A stretch of 63,220 nucleotides of DNA, counting the filler, from Phoronis australis (lineage: Eukaryota; Animalia; Phoronida), in assembly GCA_002633005.1 (NCBI GenBank). It is 5 parts of 5 records of this genome, joined end to end, with 100 filler letters (N's around TTAATTAATTAA, not from the genome) between each part and the next. Parts side by side here need not be neighbours in the genome. Positions count along the whole stretch, not along the records: positions 1 to 20,702 come from NMRA01000115.1; 4 more parts are not named here. One strand, written 5' to 3'. Below the pieces are notes generated by a model. The model was not told where the DNA came from. It did not search any database and worked only from the letters and a program-made list of their open reading frames with translations. This document shows positions 1 to 17,400 of this stretch, one piece after another. The translations under genes and the position numbers were made by a program. Numbering within the stretch: the first letter of the stretch is position 1; each line of letters starts with the position of its first letter.

Positions 1-2069
1 GCGCCTCCTGTCGGCGTGAATAGGGTCTATGTGTTGTCAGATGAAGTCTTGCGAGATTGGGTTGACCACTTAAATCGTCTGAATTTTCCTCTCAGTTGCA
101 TCAATTGTCTGCGCCGCATTAGGTGAGGAAGCCAAGAGCGTCCTCATGAAAATTTCATAGCTTACAAAGTTATAAAAGTGGCTGGCTATAAACATGAACA
201 GTTTATGACTTAACTGAGGTTTGCTTAATTGAGAAATTCATTGCGTCCCCCAGCCGGTTCACGAAAGATTGTGTCCTTTTCAATTTCTTTGCATATATCA
301 GTGATAGAGACAGTGTTAATACCTATCCTGACTTACCTTTAGCGTTACAATTGTTTAAAATAAACAATATAAATCGGTAAATAAAACAACAAGAATGGAT
401 CAACTGAAATTTGAAATTTTCGGAGGTAACAACTTCCTTTATCAACAAAAACAGAAAAAAAAAAAATCCAAATGAATGTCTTTTCGTACATCACTCTCTA
501 GGCTCAGGCTAGCCACTCGCCAGTTTGCCATTGGCGAATTCTGAGCGACTCTGGCAATGGTAGAGCTAAGTCCATTCGCCAACTTGGCAAATGTTTTTGC
601 AACTTGACAGTAAAAATTAGTTTCGGGAAACCTACTTGCATGTCGACTCACAGTGGGTATAGGGGAACACTGCGCAAATTGTTTAGGTCATAATGAAACC
701 CATGTTGGCTGACATCCCGTCCAACTTATTGGGTTGCAATATGACTTTGGAGTGTTTATCATTTTTTTCTTAAGGCAAATATCTTTTCTTATAGCACATT
801 TATGAAAAGAGCCTGTGCATGACATGAAAAATAAAAAGTTCGGTCCGTGTAACTGTTTTTATCAATATTGGGGGGAATGGGTAAAGAGAAGGTAATGGGT
901 ACTAATTTTTGAAAATGGCTACAACTTTTCAGATGCTTTAGCCATTTTGGGTAATACCTTTTAAAAGTCTACCCCTAGTCTAGTATAGCATGACACAGTG
1001 AGGGGAATTTGTCGGGCTCATGAGGGAAAGTTTCGCGTGATTTTTCAGTATTCTTCAGTGGGGCCGATATTTGGCCCCAAAATCGAGGGATTGGGGGCCT
1101 TGATGTATGACGATGACTTTCAGACATCTCCAACTACTGTGGAACCTCCTATTGGCGGTTTTGTTTCTTGTGTCCGTGACTGTATCTTCTAAACCTCTTG
1201 CAGGATCTTTGACTGTTAAATATTTAAGAAAGTGACAATGTTGGACGACAACGGTGGCAATTTTGCAATTACACTTTCCTTGTTTTTGTTGTTCTTTGAT
1301 ATATTTTCATGAAATTTGGCAATTACGTTTCTGCCTTCCCATTTTTAGATGGACTCCGTGACCATTTTAAATCAATTTTTAGTATTTGCCTTTCTATGAA
1401 CCAAACCACTCTACAGACCATAGGCGCGTTCCTACTGAGAAATGTATGATCGATGATTATTTTCAAAGGGTTTGACTGCTGTGATGTCCTCTTGTTGTAG
1501 TTATATTTTTGCCTGAAGCTCCATTACAAGTTCCTTGATTTACCCTCATAAAATTGAGCACGTGTTTCTATTGAAGAAGGCATAACTGATGAGGATTTTG
1601 GCACTCATCTAAATTCTGCATCCCCTAGTGTCAATTTTGTTTTTCATTGCGTTTTCCCGGCAAATTAGTTACTATCACATAGACGACACCATCTGCCCTG
1701 TCTCAGATGGATTTGACCTTAGTTTTCCCAGGAGGCCTTTATATGGTGTCCTCCCTAAACACCTAAACTACTTGAAGAATTATGAAAGGTGGCAGGTGTG
1801 TTCTTATTTAGAAGAACATTTTCGACTTGCTTTGCACTCCCAGGAGATTAATAAGTTTACTAGAAGCACTACTCTGCTGTTTAGTCGGAATGCTTATAAT
1901 TATAATCATTTCTCCTTTGCACTGTATGTATGCTCACGGTTGGTGTATATCAACGCTCCGCATTGCTCTTGTCTTGGTCTAGCTTGGAATCCAACTAGTG
2001 AACCCTCTCAACCGAAGTCCAGTGATGAAAATTGATTGATTTTTAACAGACAGGTATATTTCGTAACTG

Positions 2070-2250
2070 CTGTACTTAGGTGGTTGAGTAAGACTCTTAA
2101 CCAGCTTTTGTCCAGTTGTCTCTGTTGATGTCTACCAGCCATGTCTGGGAAATTAACTGTGATGGACTAGCGTCCTCTTCAGGAGAGATTTGAAACAAGT
2201 CCTCTCATTTACCAATAATACAGAGCACAGCCCAGTAAAGGCCTTTAGTT
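2070..2250 (+). mobile_element. Degenerate SINE fragment (conserved-core type)
   Basis: ctgtgatggactagcgtcc..caggagag resembles the conserved central domain of invertebrate/deuterostome tRNA-SINEs; similar sequence at 47301-47425. Confidence 0.4.
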
Positions 2251-2327
2251 AGTATATCATAATGGTGAAACTCTGCTTAAAAGCTGCTTTTTACCAAACA
2301 ATTCAATAGCTTATTACTTCATACATA

Positions 2328-2439
2328 ATAGGTAGATTTAGGGGGCCCCAGGCCCTATCCTTTTGGACATGTTCAAACAAAAAATGATACCGGCATATCA
2401 TTTTTCCTTTTGAAATTTGACATCGTAGATCCACCCGTG
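2328..2439. mobile_element. Short MITE (GGCGGATYTAG-type termini)
   Basis: ataggtagatttagggggcccc...gtagatccacccgtg; same termini type as the element at 37031-37429. Confidence 0.45.
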
Positions 2440-2472
2440 CATGTAATCCACCAACTTTTTACTTTCAGAAAA

Positions 2473-5827
<3,355 letters not shown>

Positions 5828-6307
5828 AGCCGTCCAGGGGTTGGCAGAAATGTCTCTTTTAGCTCTAATTTATACGCTCTTCGTGAATGCTTTCTGTTCT
5901 AGCGTCGATAATTCTGTGTCGTGTGTTATGGTTGGACAGTTTCCCATGCCGTATTTCCTACACACTGGACTCAATTGCCCCTGGCAGTCGGGTCATCAAG
6001 ATCTCTTTATAAAAAGTAAGCAAACAACATCCATTGCATCCAAAGGTTACAAGTCTTTCTCTGTCAGTCGATATTTGCTCTTGTTCGAACGTTTGCTCTT
6101 CATGCATTTGGGTATTTATTAGTCTGTTTTGCATCATAGCAGTGTAGTTAGTAACCTTCATGTCATAGTTGATGTGGCTTGTTGCACCGAGATAAATTTG
6201 GGCGAACATTTTTGGATTCTGGGTTCATTTTGGTCAGACAAGGTTTTTGTGAACTGTTGATATATCCTCTGTGTTACCTTTATTCATACATGTACACATT
6301 AAAGCAA

Positions 6308-6313
6308 AATAAA
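6308..6313 (+). terminator. Putative ELOC poly(A) signal AATAAA
   Basis: AATAAA ~480 nt after the ELOC stop, followed by GT-rich sequence. Confidence 0.5.
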
Positions 6314-6605
6314 ATTTTGTTTGCAAAAGATATGATGTGTTTTGTGACCATGCAGAAGACTATTGGTGCTATGACTGCTCAGTCTTGTTGGTGTTATTTT
6401 TCAAGTCGTAATTTATCAACATTACATGCAACTTGTTTGGCAACCTTTTTAGTAGCAATCCTTACTTTTACTTAAGTTGGTAGTTCTTCACTTTCGCACA
6501 ATATTTACCAGAACTGAGATTTTCCATTTTTCAAAGAATGATTACTGCAAATGATGGAAAATTTACCAAAAGTTGTGTCTGTACCTTACAAGCTAAGCTA
6601 GCGAT

Positions 6606-6683
6606 TTGAGGGCCCTCTTGGAAAGCAGTGCCATCACTGAAGAGGCCACCCTCATTTTAAATATCACAATAATAAATAAATAA
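6606..6683 (+). mobile_element. Extreme 3' end of an L2/CR1-group LINE (stem-loop + (TAAA)n tail)
   Basis: gagggc-cctctt-ggaaag-cagtg-ccat-cactg-aagagg-ccaccctc hairpin, then an aataataaataaataaa tail; flanked by AGCGAT direct repeats (6600-6605, 6684-6689). Confidence 0.55.
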
Positions 6684-7811
6684 AGCGATGGACTAAAATT
6701 TTCTTAATCTTTGTTTTTTGTGGAGAAATTTGACAAAATAGAATTTTGCTGACGAGTCATATTGTATGCTATATAGTGAAGAATCGCCTTTTTCCAGGCC
6801 TGGGGGGTTTATTTTTGTACTCTATATAATTATTTTCTGTTATTCTGTGCTCGAATACATTATGGTTTCCATGGATATCTGTCCTAGTTTGCACTTGATA
6901 ACCCCAGTATTAAAGCCATAAGTATCAACTCCAAATCTAAGAGTTTTTACAAAGTTTGTAGCTCGAATCTATGGATCATCAAGCGAGAACTTCTCATCTG
7001 CAGAAATGAAAAATAATGTACTTGAGCACAGAATAAGACAGGTATATTGAATTTGCATAAAATATCAGAAATCATCAAAATTAATTTGGATATCTAGTAC
7101 ACATATTAGTTCACTCGTGATGCTACAAAACTTGATAACTCATTTTTATATACGTACATAGTGCACCATGAAGGTGTACTCCTAAGCATAAAAACAAAAG
7201 CCGCAAGCTCATGACGGTTTGGACAGGTGCTTAAACTACTCGAGTATCAGTTAATTGAATGACTAAGGTTTTAAGGACCTACAAACTCCTGAGATTCAGG
7301 CTAATTGACCTATCGCAAGCTCCGCCCCCTTGCGTAGTGTCGACTAAATAAGTTTTACCTGGCAACATGTTGTTTGTCGGGTAAAATGGCAGCTTTGAAA
7401 TGAAGGTGTGTCAAGAATGATGGGTCCTAAATGGTCAGTTAAGCAGTCATTCAAAATTCTGGCATTAGGTCAATTGCTTACAAAGTCATTGAAAGCCCTT
7501 GATATTTAACCATCACTTAATTAGTTAAAACTACTTGACAAAGCCTGATGTCATTTTTGGTGTCCCGAACACTAAACAACTAAACTGGTGCACCAAGAGG
7601 TTTTAAAGTACATGTATGTGTTTGCAGTAAATGTGAAAGGGAGCGTGAACTTTTACTGTTGAAAGTCTTAAATAATTGCATAGTGAACTATCCCACCATT
7701 ACTAACCTATGTTTGAATAAGCCATTAGGTATGTAATATATTTGCGCTTTTACCCAATACACACAGTCTCTCAAAAAACCAACAACATGTTTTTAAATTA
7801 AGTAAAAACAT

Positions 7812-7817
7812 TTTATT
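7812..7817 (-). terminator. Putative HADHA poly(A) signal AATAAA
   Basis: tttatt on + strand, ~520 nt downstream of the HADHA stop. Confidence 0.5.
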
Positions 7818-8336
7818 TAACTCATAATTTACTCTGATGCAGCTCCACCAGTGTAATACACTACTAAGGACTCTTGAACATCTCATTCATGATTACTTGC
7901 AGTTCAACAGAACAACATGAAACACTGTGGAAGACAAATGTGTCCAATTACCACGTTTCAAACAAGTCTGGTTTTAGAGTGCTTATAAACATGGCCACAA
8001 GTATCGAAAAATACTTAAAAGCCATTTTTTCAAATGCCCCATTGATACACATTTATGAAAATTCACAGAACTGTAATTTTACGTGCATTCCAATTTATAC
8101 TTTGCACTTCACTCGTACAGTTACAGCTATTAGAGCTTCAGTTAACATAATCGTTACAGCTGTACACTCAAACAGGTTGCCATGCAATTACCAATCAGAC
8201 AGAACTCTAAGGATATTGCAAACAGCACAAGATGAAAACACACTGACGTGCATTGTGTAGTAGATGTCCATAAAACATCTCTCATATAAATATGATGATT
8301 AACCATCAAATTGAACACTACTAATCTGTTGCCTCG

Positions 8337-8485
8337 TTATGACGTGTAAAACTTCTTGGACGTGTCTTTAGCCTGATCTTGTAGCAACTGACACACTGTG
8401 AACTGTTCGCCATACAGATCTTGATACTCGTTCATTTTGGCAACTAGCTTGTCAGCACCAAAGTAGTCGACAAAGCGGAATGGTC
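8337..8485 (-). CDS. HADHA: HADHA last exon ([15 protein letters not shown]...KKFYTS*)
   Basis: cctag|GA CCA TTC ... TCA TAA. Confidence 0.95.
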
Positions 8486-11400
8486 CTAGGAGAATTGAAC
8501 ACTTATTCGTTTTATGTCATAAAGGAAAATTACGTCCAATAGAATGACATTGGTTTAATACTTACAAGTCAACAGCAAAACAAACTTGCAAGAAAAAAAT
8601 GAACAATCAATCAATGGTGAGGGTTTAATTCCCATGAACCGTTATCACATTTTTGTACTTGTATGACTTTTCACAGGGAATAAGAATGCAGCATTAAAAC
8701 TGAACCAGCACTTTGATAACTTGACTTCCGACATTGAATGCGAATTTGGACCTTTTTGGATTAACCCAAGCATGCCCTTATGTTGTTTTCCAAAATAACT
8801 GCATCTTGAATTTAAAACTTAACTTCATTATATTAATCAATACTACCCAATAAAAGACCTTTCACGTACCTCCATAGAACGGTGGGAATCCAAGACCAAA
8901 TACTGCACCAATATCTCCATCACTCTGTAAGGAGAACATTCTTAATTTTACATATCACTTGAGGATGGCCAGGCACATGATGCTAAATACCAGACTTTCA
9001 AACAAGCATCTTATACTGAGCATCTAGTGTAGGGGCTGAAGATGGAAAGGCCACATAGTAAGTGTATGGACTGAAGACGGCAAGGACACCTTAGTATATG
9101 GACTGAAGATAACAAGGACATCTTAGTGTATGGACTGAAGATGGCAAGGACATCTTAGTTATGGGATGAATATGGCAGGATCATATTAGTGTATGAACTG
9201 AATATGGGAAAAGCTTCGTGGTGTATGAGCAACAGACTGCAAGAGTATTTTATTGACCGGGCAACAAATAATCTCAGACACAAGATCCAGTTGAAACAAA
9301 ATCATTTAGAAAAAGACTAACTTTGCATTATAGAAGACGTCATACATTAAGAATTGGTTACAAGGTTAACAAATGAACCAAGCCATATACCACCCAGACC
9401 ACGTTTTCTGAACGGAGCAAAAGAAAGTTGCAATTAAATCAACAAAAACATCTCCTGGTAATAATGGATGGCCTCTGACTTACCGGCTTATTAAGGATGC
9501 CCTCTTGATAACACAGCACCGCTTCATTGACAAACCTCGAGACAAGACGGAGTTGAATGTCCTCGTCCGTGTTTCTACAAAATGCACAATGGGTGAACAA
9601 CTGTATTCCAAAGGCACTGGAATTTTTCTCAACATATTATCATAAAACTGCCTTCAGTTGTTGTTTTTTCTGGTAGAAACAGTTTCCACATTTCTCAACT
9701 CGATACCTGGCAACCTTTAATAAACGAGGCAACTAAAGCTAAAAGTGGAATCAATGGCCTCCAGTGCTGACATGAGACACTCTCTCAAACTTGTATACAT
9801 CTGTCAACCCGTCAAACAGAGCAGATTGCCAAAAAACAAAAAAGTACACTTGGGATGCTGTCAAACTGTTCAAATATAAAGTATGTAAAGTTTACATGAT
9901 GCGTAGAACATTGCCACCTTTGTTCAAACCCACTAGAAAGTACTCACTCTACTTTTGGTTCGATGTGGTATTTTTCCAGAATCTTCAAAGCATCCTGGTT
10001 TTCTGGCCTTTCTTTGGTTCCCTTCTGATACACATAACAGCCTTTGCCTGCTTTACGACCTGTTGGCAGAAGAAAAAATAAACAAATAAGCAAAACGATA
10101 AACAGATATCAGGTGTAACTAAATGGAGCATGTTTGTCAACTTATTACCGACAAAACAAATTTCCATAAAGCATTGGCATTGACCATACAAAAGAATTCA
10201 TTTCAAGTCACGTTACAATACTTAAAAGTATACCAAACCCAGAAATGACTTTCCCCCATCTACTTCTCTAAAGAAAAATAATGCTCTGCAACCCTCGACA
10301 ACCCTCAAAAGTTTGGGCGAAAAGTAGAAAACCCCTTTCAAAGCCTGAAAAGTGTAACCCATGCTTTTAGCGAATTACACAGCAACTGTGGGAAAAGACC
10401 ACCCACCAAGGACCATAATGCCCAATCTGTGACATGGTGAGTATGAGTTTTTAGTTAATTAGTCTTTAATTTTGACAACTGACTTCAATGATGCATTAGC
10501 AGGCGACAGAACGAGGAATGGTGGAAGTCATCAAACAGGGTTTAGTGTTTGATACACTAATTTTGAAAACTCATCAATTATTGTTGTGAAGTCATGTAAT
10601 TTGAGAACTCTTCAGCTAAAAATATTGAAAGAAATTGAGAGTGTATTAATAAAGCATCAAGCGTAAAACTTTTGGCCAACAATTTGTCCAATTTTGTCAA
10701 AATGCTTTTCTTTTGAAAACTATTGTATATCCAACATCACGATATCTACTGATAAATAAATAGTGCAGAAGACTGTATCAGACCTGCGCAGGCCACTCAG
10801 TCAGGCACACTGCACCAAACACCCGAATCAATTTTTCCTTAATAACCATACAAATAACACAGACTTATAAGACTGAACGGAGGGGCTAGAAACCTGTCTC
10901 AAGGGTCTGGCAGTGGGGTCCAGTGGGATGCAACCTACAACCCTCAGAACATGTGGCAGACACTCAGTCCTCTAGGCCACACAGCCTACTGATCTACTAC
11001 ACCTACCCAAGAATCCTTGTTCTACCATTTCCTTGAGTACATTAATGTCGGCTCCACCAAAGCGCGGTGCAAATGCCTTCCCAAGATCCTCCGCAACGTG
11101 AGCAGCGACATCAATGCCTACTTCATCGGCTAGTGTTGCAGCACCAACGGGGAAGCCAAACTTCTTTGTCAGTTTATCGAGCTTAGTTGGAGATACACCC
11201 TCCTTTGAAGAGAACGCGGCGAAAGTCACGTGGTTTCAAAGTAAAAACTAAATTTTGAAAGTAATGCTATAAATAGTTTAGTTTTGGGTGAAGTCAAATA
11301 GAGGCACACTGGATTATGAAACAGATCTCCAATTATTTCGTGATTTCCAAGATGTCTCGATGATTTCCAAGTGATGCTACGAAGAACCTCTTCTTGGTTC

Positions 11401-14400
11401 AACTTCCTTACAAACATGTATTGTCACAAACTTTATCTTTGTTTCTCCTATGGACTGCAAATAAGTTTGAAAATAAATTTAAAATGTGTTCGGTCTTACT
11501 TGGAGTAGCCGAATAGCCTCAGCCAACATGGGTGCTAGGATACGTGTTGTGTAGAAGCCAGGTCCATCCTTGACCACAACGATCACCTTGCCTTGTTTTA
11601 ATCCAACATCAACTGCGGCAGCTAAGGACAAATGAAAATCAAACAATTAAACAAGACTTGCCTGTCAATATTTGACTGGGATTCTATGAACTCACAGAAC
11701 ACTGACAGAATCAAATGAGATAAGTAGAAGATACAAACAAGCAATAAAACTTGACACACACAACACAAATCCAACTGAAGATATTCATATTTAAGAACTG
11801 CCAAACTATGCAAATGTACGTCAGTGCGGACGAGGTTGCATGTGTGGCATTTTTTCCGGTCATAGAGAAAATTAGGAGTGCCTCACAAGCTTGATAATGG
11901 CCAATCTCCTCCTCCTGGACCTAACATCATGCGCAGGGTCACCTCCCGTTCATGATCCGTAAGCAGACCCTTCTGAGTTTTGCCGAATGATTCTGACTTC
12001 CGTAGCGTTTTGAGTGCATACTTTGACGTGTGCATGGTGATGGCAACCCGGGATTTTTACCAGGCCACCAAACAAAGTCTGAGGTCACACTGGAGAGTGC
12101 TGCATCTGTGTTGTGATGTAACAGAATACCTTGAAGCGTATATTGGTTTAAGTGAATAATGTACCGTCATGTGACCTGCCACTACAATGAACGTTTAGTT
12201 TCGATATTGCAGCCCTTAAACAAGAAACGCAGACTAAACAGATTCGATCTAAATGTACAGATTCACACGGGAAAAATCTTAGTGTGTAACCATGACACTG
12301 AGGGTGCGAGGCACAATACCCACTAACCTGCTGTGTCCTTGGAAGTCTTATCTGTAGTGATGATTTCTAGTAGCTGCATCTTGTCCACAGGTGAGAAATA
12401 GTGCATGCCAATCACCTGTCAACATAGTCATGATATGACTACAGATGGCCAAGCCCACCTTCAAAGCTAACAACAGTGCAGTGAACATGGTATTACACAT
12501 GACCACGCACATCTTCAGAGTAAACTTAGGTCATCCAATCATAGTATTCCAATAAATAGGACAGATTACAGGAAAAAGACATTCTTTCCTAGAACAGTTG
12601 CGAACTGGAATGGCTTGCCGGACTGCATTACATCAGTCCCTTCTCTTGATGCAAGCTATCTGCCTTTCTGAAGTAACATAGTGGGGTGCCTCTATTTGGG
12701 GCACCAACTTAGTGACTGCCTTATCTGTTAATCATCTAGCTACATTAAACGACCTCTGAAGTGACGTCCACTATGTATGTACATTATATCCTTTTAAATC
12801 TGTTGTAGTTGTTCTCGTTTTTGTTGATCCTCATTGTTATACAGTGACATAATACTCTGGAGAGAGTGTGGTCACTTAAACCAAGAAGAAGAAGAATTGG
12901 GGTCTCTCACACATGAGTCGGAGATCAAATCACTGAGCTACACAGTCTCCAGAAACCAGAAGCAACACCTTCAGATTGAGGATGAATACACCGTCTGGCA
13001 CATTTTAAAATTCCACGACATAGGAAAATTTGGTTTACACTATTGCACTTACTTTCTCAGGTCGTTTGCTGGCAGCAGCTATTTGTGTAATGGGTAATGC
13101 TGACGTGTTTGAGGCAAATATACAGTGCTCCGGAATGTGCTGAAAACAAAAGGAAATAATTAAAAATTATTGACTATGGCACATAAAATACATGTCAAAA
13201 ACAATCAGACACAACGAAGGAATTTGCCTACAAAATGCCTCAACTCATTCCTCATCATACCTGAGTACATGTAGAATTCACAGTCAGAATGAGTAGAATG
13301 ATGAGTCGTGATGTGATTAACTGGCCTTACAGAGAAACAGAATTTCGTGTGTCTATTGTCGGCAAGTAGTGTAAGTTAAAACATTTATTACATTTGTAAC
13401 CTCATGTAATGATGAAACACCTCAGTTTGAAAAACTGATACACACTGCACTCTCCAGTGAACTAGCCATTTTTAGTTGTTTGGTGATATCCACTTCATAT
13501 CGTAAGCTATCAACTAAACTAGACATATTCAATGAGATTTTGTCAATGCTTGTTGGAAAACTTAAAAGCCTTTTAAATATTAACTGTTACCCACATTTCC
13601 TGAAATCAATATCTTAAATGAGATACATAGAAAAACTAGTTAAAACATTAGTTTGAAGTAGGCAAACACACATAGCATACCTTTTCCACTTCTGTGATCA
13701 CTTTATGTTTGAGAGACAAATCTTCGAACACAGCCTCAATAACCATGTCACAGTGCTGGAAGTTGTCGTAGCTGATTGTGGGCTCAAGATTTGAGATGAT
13801 TTGCTCCTTTTTGAAGCTGTAATGACCAATTCATTGACTTACTTCGTGTGACATTTCATGTCACTTGCCTCAATCCACTTTCCAACACACATCACACAGT
13901 AGAAGACATTGCAGCAAAAAATGTTTACCACATTAGCAGAGCAAATGACATCCTAAAGGCAACAAAACCGCACCGTTGGACAGTGTTTGGTTTGCTTGCT
14001 AGAGCGATGTCTTTGTTAAATTTGTCACTGCATTACGGCTCGTTATAATTACCTGGAAATTTTCTTCTTCTTCACGCTAGTCTGTAGACCCTTCTCCACC
14101 TGATCCTGACCCCTGGCCAGACCCTGCATGTTCATATCCTTCAACATCACATGGTACCCCTTGTCTATGCTCACCTGGGCAATACCAGCCCCCATCAGGC
14201 CAGCACCGAGCACTGCAATTGTTCTGCAACAGCAAACACATCTACATTGTATGTTGCACACTACTTGATTGATAACAGTAAAATTTCTTCCACTTGCAAC
14301 GGAAAAAAATTCTCAAATTTTCAATTTTCCGAGCACTGCGATTGTTCTGCAACAGTAAACACATCCACATTGTATGCTGCAGACAACTTGAATGACAACA

Positions 14401-17400
14401 ATAAAAATTCTTCCAATTACAATAAAACTTAATTTCTCAAATTTTCCAATGACGCATCACAATTCTGCGAATTCTCAATGTCTTACCCAATGTCATGCAA
14501 AAGGAATAATTTACCATTTCTCTGCAGACTGTAAGCAAAATTACTAACTTAAGACACGCAACGTGTTCTGCAACACATGGCTGGGATCTTACTTGGTTTC
14601 CCGCTCAGGCTTGCCGAACCTGTTCTTCTTACAGTCTGTCTGGCCGTGAAACAATCCCATCAGGCCTCTCGACTCCTTCGTCATCGCCAGCTCCCCAAAG
14701 AGCCGAGCCTCCATCTCGTATCCCGCAGTGTTACCCTTCTCCAGGCCTGTACGCACAACCTGAAAAATAAGACAAACAATCGAGTGATTTTGAAGCACAA
14801 TGGCCAGGACAAATGTAACATGCGTATTGGAACAACCTTTGGTTCCAGTGTTAGGTTGGACATAATTATTGAAATTAAGTCGTTTTTCAAGATGCACTAT
14901 TCCTTTAGTAAGTAGAAAAGTGACCACTCTTGGCAACAATAATCAAGGTCATCAAACATGTCCAGTGAAAATTTAAGTTGTTGAACAAAAATGTGTAATT
15001 AGTAACTTACAGAGGTCCCACATTTTGAGAACCAGTTTTCTCCAGTGAATAATGGGCATCAAACTGGTTGTCAAAATATGAGACCCCTGTACATGACTAT
15101 AGCCTAGATATGCATCAAAACACTTGTCAAATAAAAAGCAGTGAATCTTCACAACAATCACACAAAACAAAGTTATCTTAAGAACTGGTACAAATAAAGC
15201 AATTCACTATGAATATTAGAAATAGTGAACTTTTACTCAGATGAACCTGTGAGACAATGCTTATTCATTTGCAAGAAGTTGAATGATGAATTTTGCTCCA
15301 TTGGTGATATGACAAGAACCCAGAATGAAATCATACAAAATACGACATCATGCTACAAATGGGAAAACATTTTGCGCAAAGATATTGCCTATTTTTACAA
15401 GATAAGCTTTTTTCAATGTTTCAAAATTATTATTATACTATAGTGACCTTACGGAAACAAAAGTTTAAAAGTTTATCTTCTAGAAGTCTACTTCAGATGA
15501 CAAATCCGGACTCAACTGAGCCCGGATATCAGAACTCAACAGTCTCCCCTAGACACCAAAGAACACTTACTATAACTAACCTACAGCTACTGACAAACCT
15601 CCACCCCCCCACTCACCTCAACTGCAGAGGTCAAAAGCCAACCCTCTCCAGTCACATGACAGTACATACCTCAATAATCTTAAGGGGAGCAGGGTAGAGA
15701 CCACCTGACTGCTTCATCACTTTGCCTTTCACCTGGTTATAGAACATGTTGCGGGTGAACTCAACACCCAAGGCCTTGTCAATGACCTCTGTCAGAAACA
15801 AAAAATAAAGACCCACTGATTAGACTTTTCAAATGAAACAATTTTTAAAGAGTGTTGTATAATGTTTGGGATTTCCCGTTTCAAACCACAGCAAGCGCAA
15901 GAGAACACCTCTGGGTTACTATTGTTACAATATGGACGGAACAGTGCTCATGGGTATAGTGTTGGCCTATTTTCTATTACTCTGAACTTAACTATTTTCT
16001 GCCGATGAAGTGTTAAATATAATTTTAAAGACAACATTATAGAGAAATAAAGCAGATATGAATAGCTTCTGTAGTGGATGCTCCTATAGAACTACAGAGT
16101 ACCTAAACAAACCATTCATGGACTCAGTGCTTAGCTTCATGACTGATCCACAAGACGCTAGTTTTCAATTGCAATAGGTTAACAATATGATGCTCAACAT
16201 GACAGCTTTAATCGCAAAGTTCATATTAATAGCGCAAACCAAAAGTATACTTTGTTTCAAAGTCAATTTCATACTAAGTAGACTGCTGGCTATAGTACCA
16301 TGGTGACCATTATCACCATTACAAATCATCTGACACTTGTCCATGCACAGCTATTCATTCAATTCTTGTTTTGACTCCAGCACAGTGAGGAACAACGTAC
16401 GACAGAAGCAATCAGACTGAATTACGTTCCCAAGTCATGATGACCAATTCTGATATCAGCAAACTGGCTAGTAACAACATTAAGGCTGCAAAACTCTAAT
16501 TACAGATGGTTTAGCCGTCTTACTAACTCTCCCGTTGATTCCTCTTCATTCCAGGCCATGAGGGAAAACCATTCAGACAATGAAATAGGCTACTGCGCAG
16601 CCGTCATGACAAGGAATTGTGGGTAATTTTGCCTCAAGTCTTTTGGCATGTACTTAAGGTAAGTAGATAAGAAGAGATCCGAATGAGTTAACATTGAACA
16701 AACTTCATCACAGGGCTCTCTTTATCAACTTTACGTGACTATCGAATAAAATACATGGTTTTCTAAAATTATGACAAGCCTAATACAAACACTTTACAAA
16801 GTATTTCAGTCTACAAAACACTATTCCATTCATTTCAAACAAGAACTCACTTTCCATCATATTTTTCCTCCTGGGTGCTCTCTTCAACGTCTGATCAGCC
16901 AAGTCCCTGGCAGTCTGCACGGCGACCTCTTCTAAATAGTCTAAGGTTCGTTCTTTCGGCGGCTTCAATCCCGGGCCTGGGTGGAACAGGCAAACGTGAC
17001 ATCAGTTAATCAGATAACAACACAGCACCTTTCTAGCCAAGCTATACAAAACTGAAAACTGGTTTGTGTTCTGTAAATTTCCAAACAATTGAGACTACTA
17101 CATCTACAATGATCACACAACTACTACATCTACAATCACACAACTTAGGACTTTCATTTCATTCCTAACCCTTACTACTGTTCCCCACCCACACTCCCCC
17201 GATCCCACCCACACTCCCCCAATCCCACCCACACTCCCCCGATCCTACCCACANNNNNNNNNNNNNNNNNNNNNNNNNNNNNNNNNNNNNNNNNNNNNNN
17301 NNNNNNNNNNNNNNNNNNNNNNNNNNNNNNNNNNNNNNNNNNNNNNNNNNNNNNNNNNNNNNNNNNNNNNNNNNNNNNNNNNNNNNNNNNNNNNNNNNNN

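Noticed and set aside
9025-9230. CRISPR-like array or hammerhead array (32-bp repeats containing CTGAAGA)
   Set aside because: No unique spacers and no cas genes, in a eukaryotic intron; no downstream stem II-GAAA. It is a simple minisatellite.
11882-12035. Minus-strand small [22 protein letters not shown]... resembling a kinase subdomain II
   Set aside because: Only ~50 aa with no other kinase motifs or convincing splice sites; likely chance.
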